NCBI GenBank assembly: GCA_045540155.1 | Contig: JAZQGT010000050.1 | Span: 16,493 to 80,492 of the forward strand | DNA length: 64,000 nucleotides | From: Faecousia sp. | GTDB lineage: Bacteria; Bacillota; Clostridia; Oscillospirales; Oscillospiraceae | Reading direction: 5' to 3' | In this document: in pieces, positions 8,372 to 18,368 of the stretch | How positions within the stretch are numbered: the first letter of the stretch is position 1 | Layout of the letters: every line of letters starts with the position of its first letter | The notes under the pieces: model-generated | Database searches by the model: none | What the model was told of the DNA's origin: nothing | The model's input: the letters and a program-made list of their open reading frames with translations, nothing else | Translations under genes and position numbers: made by a program

Positions 8372-9730
8372 TTAGTTTTTCAGGCTCTGCATGGGTGCGG
8401 GGATTCTGCCGCCACGGGCAATGAAATCTGCCGCAGATTCCTGATGTACCGGCATTACCGGCGCGCTGCCCAGGAGTCCCCCCATCTCCACCCGGTCGCC
8501 CACGGTCTTGCCGGGGGCAGGGATAATCCGCACCGCGGTGGTTTTGGAATTGACCATACCGATTGCCGCCTCGTCGGCAATAATGGCAGAGATAGTCGCC
8601 GCGCTGGTATCCCCGGGAACCGCAATCATATCCAGTCCCACAGAACAAACGCAGGTCATGGCCTCCAGCTTGGAAAGTGTCAGCACGCCGGACTCGGCAG
8701 CGGCAATCATGCCCTCGTCCTCGGACACAGGAATGAACGCGCCTCTCAGGCCACCCCCATGGTTGGCTGCCACCACGCCGCCCTTTTTCACCGCGTCATT
8801 CAGCAGCGCCAGCGCGGCGGTGGTGCCGTGGGTACCACAGACTTCCAGACCCATCTCCTCCAAAATCCGGGCAACAGAGTCACCCACCGCAGGAGTCGGC
8901 GCCAGGCTCAAATCCACAATGCCAAAGGGAACGCCCAGCCGTTTGCCTGCCTCCACGCCAACCATCTGACCCATACGGGTAATCCGGAAGGCGGTCTTTT
9001 TAATGGTTTCCGCCACCACATCAAAGGGCTGGCCCTTAACACCTTGCAGTGCATGGTATACCACGCCCGGTCCGGAAACGCCCACATTCAGTTCTACTTC
9101 CGGCTCGCCCACGCCGTGGAATGCACCCGCCATAAAGGGGTTATCCTCCACCGCATTGGCAAAAACAACCAACTTGGCGCAGCCCAATCCATGGTTATCC
9201 GCGGTCATTTCCGCAGTTTTCTTAATAATTTCACCCATTTTGGCAACTGCATCCATATTGATACCGGCCTTGGTAGAGCCTACATTCACACTGGAACAGA
9301 CCAGATTGGTCTGCCGCATTGCCTCGGGAATGGAATCCATCAGAATCCAGTCGCCCCGGGTAGCACCCTTCTGCACCAAAGCAGAAAAGCCGCCGATAAA
9401 GTTCACGCCGCACTCCTGGGCCGCCTTGTCCATAGCAATGGCAAGGGGTACATAGGAATCCGTATTGCAGGCGCTGCCCACCAGCGCAATGGGGGTAACG
9501 GAAATCCGCTTATTCACAATGGGAATGCCAAATTCCCACTCAATATCCTGTCCCACCTTCACAAGATTCTCCGCCCGACGGGTAATCTTGTCATAGATAC
9601 GCTGGGCGCAGACCTTCACATCCTCATGGGCGCAATCCAACAGGGAGATGCCCATGGTGATGGTGCGAATGTCAAGATGCCGCTTGTCGATCATATCCTG
9701 GGTGGCTAAAATATCCTTAACGTTCAGCAT
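8372..9730 (-). CDS. PFL-like / DUF711 (UPF0210) family protein
   Basis: [58 protein letters not shown]; paired with an ACT gene. Confidence 0.92.
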   Translation of the reverse strand: MLNVKDILATQDMIDKRHLDIRTITMGISLLDCAHEDVKVCAQRIYDKITRRAENLVKVGQDIEWEFGIPIVNKRISVTPIALVGSACNTDSYVPLAIAMDKAAQECGVNFIGGFSALVQKGATRGDWILMDSIPEAMRQTNLVCSSVNVGSTKAGINMDAVAKMGEIIKKTAEMTADNHGLGCAKLVVFANAVEDNPFMAGAFHGVGEPEVELNVGVSGPGVVYHALQGVKGQPFDVVAETIKKTAFRITRMGQMVGVEAGKRLGVPFGIVDLSLAPTPAVGDSVARILEEMGLEVCGTHGTTAALALLNDAVKKGGVVAANHGGGLRGAFIPVSEDEGMIAAAESGVLTLSKLEAMTCVCSVGLDMIAVPGDTSAATISAIIADEAAIGMVNSKTTAVRIIPAPGKTVGDRVEMGGLLGSAPVMPVHQESAADFIARGGRIPAPMQSLKN

Positions 9731-9739
9731 AGCGTCTCC

Positions 9740-10009
9740 TTATACCCGATGCATTGCCTGAAAGATTTCTTCCCGCTGCAGGCGAATGGACAGTTCTGTC
9801 TCCCTGCCCTTTTGCTCCAGCTTTTGCGCCAGTTCCGCCAAGGGAATGGAGCAGGCAGATACGTCCACCACCATCATCATGGTAAAATATCCCTGCATAA
9901 CCGTCTGGCTGATGTCCAGTACGTTTATCTGGAAGGAGGCCAAATCCGTACATACTTCGGCGATAATGCCCACCCGGTCCTTACCGACCACCGTTACAAT
10001 TGCTTTCAT
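9740..10009 (-). CDS. ACT-domain protein (UPF0237)
   Basis: MKAIVTVVGKDRVGIIA, NVLDISQTVM, EEIFQAMHRV. Confidence 0.92.
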   Translation of the reverse strand: MKAIVTVVGKDRVGIIAEVCTDLASFQINVLDISQTVMQGYFTMMMVVDVSACSIPLAELAQKLEQKGRETELSIRLQREEIFQAMHRV

Positions 10010-10021
10010 CTTCTCTCCCTC

Positions 10022-10306
10022 TCACAGCTCGTAGTCCGCGCAGACACGGGTATCCAAAAAGTCCCAGAAATGCGCCTTTGCTGCCAGATGCGCCGGGTGT
10101 CCGGCGTAATTTTCCAGCGCTTCCCGGCTTTCAAACTCTGAATACAGAGCATAATCCATGCCGCCCTGATAAGCCTTCCGGATTTCCATCTGGGTCAGGC
10201 CGGGAATCACACCCACCAGCGGCTCCAGCTGCGCCCTGATGATGGCAACAGCCTCGTCTTTATTGACACCCTCTTTGAATGTGTACAGTACAATATGCTT
10301 TACCAT
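10022..10306 (-). CDS. Dabb (stress-responsive A/B barrel) family protein
   Basis: MVKHIVLYTFK, IPGL, DYALYSEFESREALENYAGHPAH, DYE; RBS AAGGAG. Confidence 0.85.
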   Translation of the reverse strand: MVKHIVLYTFKEGVNKDEAVAIIRAQLEPLVGVIPGLTQMEIRKAYQGGMDYALYSEFESREALENYAGHPAHLAAKAHFWDFLDTRVCADYEL

Positions 10307-10326
10307 AACCTTCTCCTTATAAAACG

Positions 10327-10356
10327 ATACCGGAACCGGCAAACCGGTTCCGGTAT
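10327..10356 (-). terminator. Hairpin after ispH-rpsA
   Basis: ATACCGGAACCGG-CAAA-CCGGTTCCGGTAT. Confidence 0.6.
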
Positions 10357-10372
10357 GTAATGCTTACTATGT

Positions 10373-12343
10373 TTACTCAGCAGCCTCTTCCGCCACTTCG
10401 TCAGCAGCCTCTTCCTCAGCCGCAGGCTCCAGCAGAGCGCGGATGGACAGGGAGATCCGCTTATTCTCAGCGTCAACATCGGTGATCTTCACCTGAACCT
10501 CCTGACCTTCGGTCAGAACGTCCTCGGGCTTGCCGATACGCTTGTCAGCAATCTGAGAAATGTGAATCAGACCGTCAACACCGGGAATAATCTCTGCAAA
10601 TGCGCCGAAGGTCATCAGCTTCACAATCTTGGCGTTGACCACATCACCCACATTGTAACCGGTCATAAACTGATTCCAGGGGTTCATCTCAGCGGTCTTA
10701 TAGCCCAGAGAAATCTTGCGCTTCTCGGGATCGAAGGAAATGACGTAAACGTCAATCTCGTCACCTACGGATACCACGTCAGCAGGAGTCTTGATGCGGT
10801 TCCAGCTCAGCTCGGAAACGTGAACCATGCCGTCCACACCGCCGATGTCCACAAATGCGCCGTAGGAGGTCAGGGACTTGACAGTACCGTGGTACTTCGC
10901 GCCGACCTCGATTTCGCTCCAAAGCTTCTCCTGAGCAGCCTTGCGCAGCTCAGAGGAAACCGCACGGATAGAACCGATCACACGGCGGCGTGCCCGATTG
11001 ACTTCGGTAATTCTCAACTCAGTGGTCTTGCCCACCAGAGCAGCCATGTCGCCGCCCTTGGCAACACCGGACTGGGAAGCGGGGATAAACACACGGATAC
11101 CCTTTACGTTGCAAACCAGACCACCCTTGTTTTCCTCGGTGATAACGCCCTCGATGGTAGTCTTTTCCTCACACCAGGTAGCCATTTCGTCCCAAACCTT
11201 CATGCCGTCCAGCTTCTTCTTGGACAGCTGGCAGACACCCTCCTGGTCGTTGACGCGGACCACGAATACCTCGATTTCGTCGCCGACTTTCAAAATGTCC
11301 TCAGGCTTTACAGTGGGGTCTGCGCTGACTTCGTCATACGGAATGTAGCCGGCATGGTTGGTGCCCAGATCAACCTGGCCTTGGGTAGCGCCGATTCCGG
11401 TAACGATGCCGATAACCTTATCTCCTGTATTTAAAGTCTTGATGGACTGCTCGAGAAGTTCCTCAAAGTTCTCCTCCTGCACAGCCTCAACATTAGTAAT
11501 TTCGCTCATAGTCTTGTTGACCTCCTTTATAATCCACGCCGGCGTCGATGCACCGGCCGTGATTCCAACATCAGCCACACCGCGAAAGAATTCGGGATCC
11601 AGCTCTGATGCGTTATCCACCAGAACGACCCGATCGCAGTGTTCCCGACAAATCATTGCTAATCGGCCTGTGTTGGAACTGTGAGTGTCACCTACAACGA
11701 CCATAGCCTGACAGACTTTACTTAAATTTGCCGCTTCGCTCTGCCGGGATTCAGTAGCTTTGCATATTGTATCAAAGATTTTCAAATTAGTAAACACTTT
11801 TTTTGCAAAATTTTCGCAAGTTTTCCACAATGCCTCCTGAGAGGTGGTCTGGCAGACCATGCTGATGGGGGTATCGGGGGAAACAGCGCCGGAATTCACC
11901 CAAGCTGCCAGTTCATCAGCGTTTTCGAAAATTTCGCAACGGGAACACCAGCCGGCAATCCCTTCCACCTCCGGGTGAGCGCGGGTGCCGATAATAACCG
12001 GCAGTCTTCCGTCAGCTTCCGCGCGGCTGACGATGCCGTGAATCCGCTTGACAAAGGGGCAGGTGGCATCCACCACCTGGGCGCCGCTTTTTTCCAGCGC
12101 CTCCTGTACCGCTTTGGTGATGCCGTGGGAGCGGATAATCACCGTCTGTCCGGGCTTTGCCTCCTGCGCCGATTCAATCACCTGCACGCCCATTTCTCGG
12201 AAACGGTCTACAGCGTGGCGATTGTGAATGATAGGGCCCAGCGTACAGACCTGCTTTCCGGATTCCGCCGCCTGCTCCACCAACTCCACTGCCCGGTTTA
12301 CCCCAAAACAAAAGCCGGCACTTTTCGCTACACGGATACTCAT
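10373..12343 (-). CDS. ispH: Bifunctional 4-hydroxy-3-methylbut-2-enyl diphosphate reductase / 30S ribosomal protein S1
   Basis: AGFCFGV, IIHN, DATCPFV, DTICKAT, SSNT and TAGASTP motifs, followed by four S1 repeats (YGAFVDIGGVDGMVHVSELSW). Confidence 0.95.
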   Translation of the reverse strand: MSIRVAKSAGFCFGVNRAVELVEQAAESGKQVCTLGPIIHNRHAVDRFREMGVQVIESAQEAKPGQTVIIRSHGITKAVQEALEKSGAQVVDATCPFVKRIHGIVSRAEADGRLPVIIGTRAHPEVEGIAGWCSRCEIFENADELAAWVNSGAVSPDTPISMVCQTTSQEALWKTCENFAKKVFTNLKIFDTICKATESRQSEAANLSKVCQAMVVVGDTHSSNTGRLAMICREHCDRVVLVDNASELDPEFFRGVADVGITAGASTPAWIIKEVNKTMSEITNVEAVQEENFEELLEQSIKTLNTGDKVIGIVTGIGATQGQVDLGTNHAGYIPYDEVSADPTVKPEDILKVGDEIEVFVVRVNDQEGVCQLSKKKLDGMKVWDEMATWCEEKTTIEGVITEENKGGLVCNVKGIRVFIPASQSGVAKGGDMAALVGKTTELRITEVNRARRRVIGSIRAVSSELRKAAQEKLWSEIEVGAKYHGTVKSLTSYGAFVDIGGVDGMVHVSELSWNRIKTPADVVSVGDEIDVYVISFDPEKRKISLGYKTAEMNPWNQFMTGYNVGDVVNAKIVKLMTFGAFAEIIPGVDGLIHISQIADKRIGKPEDVLTEGQEVQVKITDVDAENKRISLSIRALLEPAAEEEAADEVAEEAAE

Positions 12344-13020
12344 AACGGAATCTTCTCCTTAATAATCCGGGTCATTTCCCCAATGACGCCCTCAATATCC
12401 AGCTCAGACGTATCCAACTTGATGGAATCCCTCGCCATTTTCAGCGGCGCGATGGGGCGGTGGGTATCCTGATAATCCCGCTGGATAATTTCCTTCAGCA
12501 CCACCTCATACACAGCCTTCTGGCCCTTGGCCAGCAGCTCATCGGTACGGCGTCTTGCCCGCACCTCCGGGGAGGCAGTGAGAAAAATCTTCACATCGGC
12601 CTTGGGCAGCACCACTGTGCCGATATCCCGGCCGTCCATAATCACATTGTGTGCCTTTGCCACATCCCGCTGCATGTCCAGCAGCACCTCCCGCACCACA
12701 GCGTGGGCAGATACCAGGCTGGCTTTCTGAGATATGTCCTGGGTGCGGATTTCGTCGGTCACATCCATGCCGTTCATAATCATGTGCTGCTTGCCATCTT
12801 CATCGTATTCAATCTGAACGGTCAGCTCATCAATGTACCGCTCCACACCGTCCACATCCTTGGGGCTGACCCCCAGCAGGTCCAAAAAATATGCCACGGT
12901 GCGGTAAATCGCGCCGGTATCCACATAGTAATAGCCCAATTCCTTGGCAAGACGCTTTGCCATGGTGCTCTTTCCCGCACCGGCAGGACCGTCGATTGCG
13001 ATTGCGTATGTCTTTGCCAT
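12340..13020 (-). CDS. cmk: Cytidylate kinase
   Basis: IAIDGPAGAGKST, DTGAIYR, MDGRDIGTVVLP. Confidence 0.96.
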   Translation of the reverse strand: MAKTYAIAIDGPAGAGKSTMAKRLAKELGYYYVDTGAIYRTVAYFLDLLGVSPKDVDGVERYIDELTVQIEYDEDGKQHMIMNGMDVTDEIRTQDISQKASLVSAHAVVREVLLDMQRDVAKAHNVIMDGRDIGTVVLPKADVKIFLTASPEVRARRRTDELLAKGQKAVYEVVLKEIIQRDYQDTHRPIAPLKMARDSIKLDTSELDIEGVIGEMTRIIKEKIPL

Positions 13021-13033
13021 TTTCGTTTCCTCC

Positions 13034-14068
13034 TTATTCTTCCTGCTGCCGCAGCTTTAACAGGGCATTTGCCTCTAAGGTCACCACTTCGTCCGCCGTC
13101 AGACCCAGCGCCTCCCCCGTTTCCTGAGGGGATTTCGGCAGCCCGCCCTCCAGGCCAAACCGCAGGGTCAGCAGCCTTTGCTCCTGCTCACTTAAGGCAG
13201 AAAGCATATCCAGAATCCGCTGCCGTGTCTGGAAATACGCGGTGTTCTGCACCTCTTGATTATCCTCGGGGGACTCCTGCCGGGGCTGTCGGGACTGCAC
13301 TATCTGCTGCCGGGCTCTTGCCTGATTCAGCATAGCGGAATATGCAGCTGCTTCCTCCACCGTCACGTGAATCGCCTCCGCCACCTCCTCCAAGGTGGGG
13401 TTTCTGCCCAACTCTGCCAGCAGCCGCTGGTCCATATCCCGATAATCCTCCATGCCCTGCCGCAGCTTTTGTCCCACGCCGCAGGAATGTGCCTGCAGGA
13501 GCACTGCCTTGCTGAGATACTGGTCAATCCACCAGCTTATGTGGTTTACATAATCTCCGTCTGTGTAGTTCAGGATTCCCTGCCACAGACCCAGGCTTCC
13601 TTCTTGAATCAAATCCAACAGCAGCACGCCCCGCCCGGTCATGGCGCAGGCCCGTTCCACCACATGGCTCAACGACAAATTTACCAGCTGCTGCCCCGCC
13701 GCATCGTCACCGGCAGCATATTGCCGGGCAAGCACCGCTACATCCCCTGCAGCAGGCATGGCAGCCAGCTCCTCCAAATACAGACGCAGGGGGTCATTTT
13801 CTTCCAGGCCCGCCAAAAGCCGTCCGCTTTGTGCCAGCTGCTGTTCCTGCCGCAGCCGCAGGGCTGCCTCGCCGCTGCCGTTTTCCCTGGGCAGATCGGA
13901 GATATCCAGCGTGATGCCTTTCTGCTCCAGTGCCAGCAATGCTTCTTCCCCATCGTCCTGGGACAAGTCCTCCAGCAGCTCCAGACAGCGGAGGGCAGAT
14001 ATGGTGTCTCCCGGGCGCAGGGCGCTGATTGCCTGCTCCCAGGGGGTTTCTTCAAATACAAATTCCAT
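13034..14068 (-). CDS. Degenerate RpoD-like sigma-70 paralogue (acidic N-terminus, regions 1.2/2.2/3 present; region 4.2 recognition helix eroded)
   Basis: [49 protein letters not shown]. Confidence 0.8.
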   Translation of the reverse strand: MEFVFEETPWEQAISALRPGDTISALRCLELLEDLSQDDGEEALLALEQKGITLDISDLPRENGSGEAALRLRQEQQLAQSGRLLAGLEENDPLRLYLEELAAMPAAGDVAVLARQYAAGDDAAGQQLVNLSLSHVVERACAMTGRGVLLLDLIQEGSLGLWQGILNYTDGDYVNHISWWIDQYLSKAVLLQAHSCGVGQKLRQGMEDYRDMDQRLLAELGRNPTLEEVAEAIHVTVEEAAAYSAMLNQARARQQIVQSRQPRQESPEDNQEVQNTAYFQTRQRILDMLSALSEQEQRLLTLRFGLEGGLPKSPQETGEALGLTADEVVTLEANALLKLRQQEE

Positions 14069-14937
14069 CAGTACAGAAAATCCTCCAATCCCAGACCGGC
14101 GCCCAGCTGCTGCAGCTTGTCCATTGCCTGACGTTCAATCTGACGGGCGCGTTCCTTGGTAACGCCCAATCTTTCACCGATGGCCTCCAAGGGGTAGCAA
14201 ACGCCGTCCTCCATGCCAAAGCGTAGCCGCAAAAGCCGCTCCTGCCGCTCCGGCAGCTGCCCCAGCAGGGCATCCATGGTCTGCTTCAGCTCCCGCCGCA
14301 CCAGTTCCTCCTGGGGCTGGGGCGTCTGCAAATCCTCCAACAGCACCTGCAGGGTGCTGTCCTCCCCCTCACCTGCAGGGGCGTCCAGAGAGCATACCTC
14401 CGGTATCAGTGACAGGTACTGCTGCACTTTTTTCACAGAAATACCGCTGTGCGCGGCAAGCTCCTCTATTTCCGGCTCACGTCCAAGGGTTTGCTTCAGC
14501 GCCGTCTTGGCTGCAAGCACCTTCCGGATGCGCTCGGCAGTATGTACCGGAACACGAATCAGCCCCGCGTGATTTAAGATACAACGGCTTACACCCTGCC
14601 GGATCCATTTGGTGGCATAGGTGGAGAACCGGTAATCCAGGGTATAATCAAACTTCTTCGCCGCAATCAGCAGACCGATACTGCCCTCCTGAATCAGGTC
14701 CAGCAGTGGGACACCCCGGCCGGCATATTCCTTGGCCACCGACACCACCAGTCGCAGATTGGCGCTGACCATTACGCGAATCGCCTCCTCGTCGCCGGCA
14801 GCGCACCCCTTGGCCAGTTCCCGTTCCTGATCAGGTGTCAGTCGGGGAATGGTGCGAATCTGCTGCAGATACTGCTGCGCCTCATCCTCTCCGTGGCTGA
14901 CAAAGGAATCTGATTGTTCCAGCAAGGTTACACTCAT
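14068..14937 (-). CDS. RpoD/SigA-family sigma-70 factor lacking region 1.1
   Basis: [54 protein letters not shown]. Confidence 0.88.
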   Translation of the reverse strand: MSVTLLEQSDSFVSHGEDEAQQYLQQIRTIPRLTPDQERELAKGCAAGDEEAIRVMVSANLRLVVSVAKEYAGRGVPLLDLIQEGSIGLLIAAKKFDYTLDYRFSTYATKWIRQGVSRCILNHAGLIRVPVHTAERIRKVLAAKTALKQTLGREPEIEELAAHSGISVKKVQQYLSLIPEVCSLDAPAGEGEDSTLQVLLEDLQTPQPQEELVRRELKQTMDALLGQLPERQERLLRLRFGMEDGVCYPLEAIGERLGVTKERARQIERQAMDKLQQLGAGLGLEDFLY

Positions 14938-16673
14938 GCTTTCGTTCCTTTACTTTCTTTGAACTTATTTCTGATGGCAAGCAGATCATCGTCAGAAGAA
15001 ACTGTCCGGCTCCGCTGCTCCTCCAGAATAATTTTCATACAATCCCGGAAAGCCGTCTCGTTTACAGGACCGGTCTGTTTCTGACAAATGCCTGCCAAAT
15101 GGGACATCTCCTCTGCCCCCATATCCTCCAGCACCGCCAGAGAAACATCCATTCCCCGGTTGTGGCGGTTTTGCAGCTGGGTATACACCCGTCCCAGAAG
15201 GGGCACGGAAAACTGCTCCCCGGTAAGACCTGCGCACAAATCCAGCAGCGCCGGTTCCCGAAGCGCCTGGGCGATGACACCCTCCTCTGCCAGCGCAGAG
15301 CGCATATTATCATAGCGGATGGACCGCTCCTTGGGCTGCAGCGCACGCATAGGTGCCAAATCCACCTTTTCCTGTTGCTTTTTTTCCTTGGCAAGCCGCC
15401 GCTTAAAGGCTTTGTTGACCTCCAGCTTCATGGCATCACTGCTGATACCCGCAGATTCCGCCACACGGCCGCCGTAGACTTCCCGCTTAATGGAACTGTC
15501 CAGTGTGCAAATCAGCTCCGCAGCTTCCTGTACATACTGAATCTTCTGATCGTCAATACCCAAATCGTACTTTCCCCGGATGGCGCTCAGCTGATACTCC
15601 ACACGGTTGGAGCAATCCTCCAGCAGAAGCTTAAACTTATCCGCGCCGAATTTCTGCAGAAATTCATCCGGGTCCTTGGCATCCTTTACCTGCAAAACCC
15701 TGACCTTGATACCCGCATTTTCCAGCATGGGAATGGCCCGTTTAGCCGCCCGCTGGCCGGCCTCATCACCGTCATAGGTGAGAATCACCTCTTCGGTATA
15801 CCTGCTCAGAAGGGTTACCTGATCCTCCGTCAGAGAAGTACCCAAGGATGCCACCGCATTATCAAAGCCGAACTGATGCAGGGTTACCACATCAATGTTG
15901 CCCTCCACCAGAATAATGTTAGGCTGTTTGGTCTTCTTGGCAAAGTTCAGACCGAACAGATTTTTTCTTTTATTAAAAATCAGTGTTTCATTGGAGTTGA
16001 GGTATTTAGGTTCAGACTTGTCCAACACACGGCCGCCAAAGCCTACCACATTCCCCCGCACATCAATGATGGGGAACATCAGTCTGTTGCGGAATCTGTC
16101 ATAAATACGGCCGTTTTTCTCGCCCACCAAATCCGCCGCCCGCAGTTCCTCATCCGTATATCCCTTTTTGCGCATGGCGTCCACCAGCGCATTCCAGGAA
16201 TCCGGCGCATAACCCATGCCAAACTGCGTCACCGAACTCTTGGTAAGGCCCCGTTTGCTGATATAGGCGCGGCATTCCGCGCCCTCCGGGGCATAGAGCT
16301 TTTCGTTGAAAAACCGTCCGGCTTCCTTCATCAGCGCCCAAAGACGTTCCTGCTGGCGGTACCGGCTCTGATACTGCTCATCCTCCGGCACTTCCATGCC
16401 CACCCGCTTTGCCAATGCACGGACAGAATCCGGGTAACTCAACCCCTCCAGCTCCATCATAAAATTGACTACGCCGCCACCCTTGTGACAGCCAAAGCAA
16501 TAATAAATCCCCTTATCGGGCGCAACAGAAAAAGAGGCAGTTTTCTCCCCGTGGAAAGGGCAAAGTCCGAACAGATTGGCACCGGAGCGTTTCAGGCTCA
16601 CATACTGGCCAACCACTTCCTCAATGGGATTGCGGGCCACCAATTCGTCAATAAAAGATGCCGGAAATGCCAT
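14934..16673 (-). CDS. dnaG: DNA primase
   Basis: [11 protein letters not shown] Zn finger, [35 protein letters not shown]. Confidence 0.97.
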   Translation of the reverse strand: MAFPASFIDELVARNPIEEVVGQYVSLKRSGANLFGLCPFHGEKTASFSVAPDKGIYYCFGCHKGGGVVNFMMELEGLSYPDSVRALAKRVGMEVPEDEQYQSRYRQQERLWALMKEAGRFFNEKLYAPEGAECRAYISKRGLTKSSVTQFGMGYAPDSWNALVDAMRKKGYTDEELRAADLVGEKNGRIYDRFRNRLMFPIIDVRGNVVGFGGRVLDKSEPKYLNSNETLIFNKRKNLFGLNFAKKTKQPNIILVEGNIDVVTLHQFGFDNAVASLGTSLTEDQVTLLSRYTEEVILTYDGDEAGQRAAKRAIPMLENAGIKVRVLQVKDAKDPDEFLQKFGADKFKLLLEDCSNRVEYQLSAIRGKYDLGIDDQKIQYVQEAAELICTLDSSIKREVYGGRVAESAGISSDAMKLEVNKAFKRRLAKEKKQQEKVDLAPMRALQPKERSIRYDNMRSALAEEGVIAQALREPALLDLCAGLTGEQFSVPLLGRVYTQLQNRHNRGMDVSLAVLEDMGAEEMSHLAGICQKQTGPVNETAFRDCMKIILEEQRSRTVSSDDDLLAIRNKFKESKGTKA

Positions 16674-16716
16674 GCTTTTCTCCCCTTTCCTGTAAATTAC
16701 CTGATATTATATCACA

Positions 16717-17739
16717 TTATCCGCGGACATGCCACCCCATAGGGGTAAAAAGTTCCGTGTATTTATCCACCGCGTAATTGTCGGTCATGCCGGCAATATA
16801 GTCGCACACGGTGCGCTCCATGCCCTCCAGAGACATCTGGGGCTGGAAATCCTCCGGCAGCGCCTCCGGATGGGTGTAATAGTATTCATACAGACGCTTT
16901 AGCATCTCCCGCGCCTTGGCCTCCTCCCCCTTTGCCACGGGATTGCGGTAAACCCGCTCAAACATAAATTCCCGCAGCTGCTGCAGCGCCTGCTCCACAC
17001 TGGGAGAGAGAACAATGTCCCCCGCTTCCCGGGAGGTGGTAATCATATCGCACACAAGGGTGTTGATTCGTCCGGAATAGGTTGTACCCAGGGTTTTTGC
17101 CACCGGCTTGGGAATATCGCTGCCGGAAAGGATTCCTGCCCGGACAGCATCGTCAATATCGTGGTTTACGTACGCCATACGGTCTGCCCAGCGGACAATA
17201 CGCCCCTCCATGGTCTCCGGCACGAAAGGACCGGTGTGACCCAGAATGCCCATGCGCACCTCGTAAGTAAGGTTCAGTCCCTCACCGCCGTTTTCCAGCA
17301 CGTCCACCACCCGCAGGCTCTGCTCATTGTGGCAGAAGGGCTGTCCCATTGCCTCGGACAGGGCCACCTCACCGGCATGGCCGAAGGGAGTATGTCCCAA
17401 ATCATGGCCCATGGCCGCCGCCTCCGTCAAATCCTCATTGAGATTCAGCGCCTTGGCAATGGTACGGGCAATCCGCGCCACCTCCAGGGTGTGGGTCATA
17501 CGGGTGCGGTAATGGTCACCCTCCGGCCGCAGAAACACCTGGGTTTTGTGCATCAGTCTGCGAAATGCCTTGCTGTGGACAATTTTATCTGTATCCCGCT
17601 GATAAGCGGTACGTACATCCTCCGCTCTGGGTTCTTCCGGGTGCAGCCTTCCTCTTGACTCGTCGGCAAAGGCCGCCCGTTTGTCCAGCTGGATATGCTC
17701 CAAGGCCTCCAATTCTTCCCTTATGGTCATATCTCTCAC
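16717..17739 (-). CDS. dgt: Deoxyguanosinetriphosphate triphosphohydrolase-like HD protein
   Basis: AFRRLMHKTQVF, RTRMTHTLEV, HDLGHTPFGHAGE, DYIAGMTD. Confidence 0.92.
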   Translation of the reverse strand: MRDMTIREELEALEHIQLDKRAAFADESRGRLHPEEPRAEDVRTAYQRDTDKIVHSKAFRRLMHKTQVFLRPEGDHYRTRMTHTLEVARIARTIAKALNLNEDLTEAAAMGHDLGHTPFGHAGEVALSEAMGQPFCHNEQSLRVVDVLENGGEGLNLTYEVRMGILGHTGPFVPETMEGRIVRWADRMAYVNHDIDDAVRAGILSGSDIPKPVAKTLGTTYSGRINTLVCDMITTSREAGDIVLSPSVEQALQQLREFMFERVYRNPVAKGEEAKAREMLKRLYEYYYTHPEALPEDFQPQMSLEGMERTVCDYIAGMTDNYAVDKYTELFTPMGWHVRG

Positions 17740-18365
17740 CCCTCCACCGGAAATGCCCGGTATTCTAAACCTATTTCCATACCCTCCACTGTACCGGAGG
17801 TCATATCAATAATTTTATCCAAAAAACGCTGGGCATCCGGCTGCGCCACCAATATTTCCAGCTCCACCTCTGCCCCAAACTGGGTATCCCGGATGATGCC
17901 CCCAAAGGCCTCGGTTTCCAGCTTGATGCGCTCATAAAAGGTGTAGGGGCAGGGCACATACAGCACACTCCACACCCGTTTTATGGATTTGCCTGCCGCA
18001 TCCACGGCGATTTTCGCGCCCTTGGTGTAAGCCCGCACCAGACCGCCGGCGCCCAAAAGGATACCGCCGAAGTACCGGGTTACCACACAGCACACATTGT
18101 AGAGGTTCTCCTTTTGCAGCACCTGCATCATGGGATTGCCTGCCGTACCCCCCGGCTCCCCGTCATCTGAAAACCGCATGGCGCCGTTTTTCAGCACATA
18201 GGCCCAGCAGTTATGGGTGGCATCATAGTGCTGCTTTTTCATTTCCGCAATGCGGTTTAGTGCCTCTTCCTCGGTTTCCACGGGCCAGACTCTGCCGATA
18301 AAACGGGATTTTTTCTCTGTGAATTCGTCCTCACCGAACCCGGTGGGCACCAGATATTCCTCCAA
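17736..18365 (-). CDS. yigZ: YigZ / IMPACT family protein
   Basis: KKSRFIG, ATHNCWAY, SDDGEPGGTAG, VTRYFGGILLGAGGLVRAY. Confidence 0.92.
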   Translation of the reverse strand: MEEYLVPTGFGEDEFTEKKSRFIGRVWPVETEEEALNRIAEMKKQHYDATHNCWAYVLKNGAMRFSDDGEPGGTAGNPMMQVLQKENLYNVCCVVTRYFGGILLGAGGLVRAYTKGAKIAVDAAGKSIKRVWSVLYVPCPYTFYERIKLETEAFGGIIRDTQFGAEVELEILVAQPDAQRFLDKIIDMTSGTVEGMEIGLEYRAFPVEG

Positions 18366-18368
18366 GAC

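Noticed and set aside
10373-12343. IspH-ribosomal protein S1 fusion as a novelty
   Set aside because: This fusion is well known and common in Clostridia
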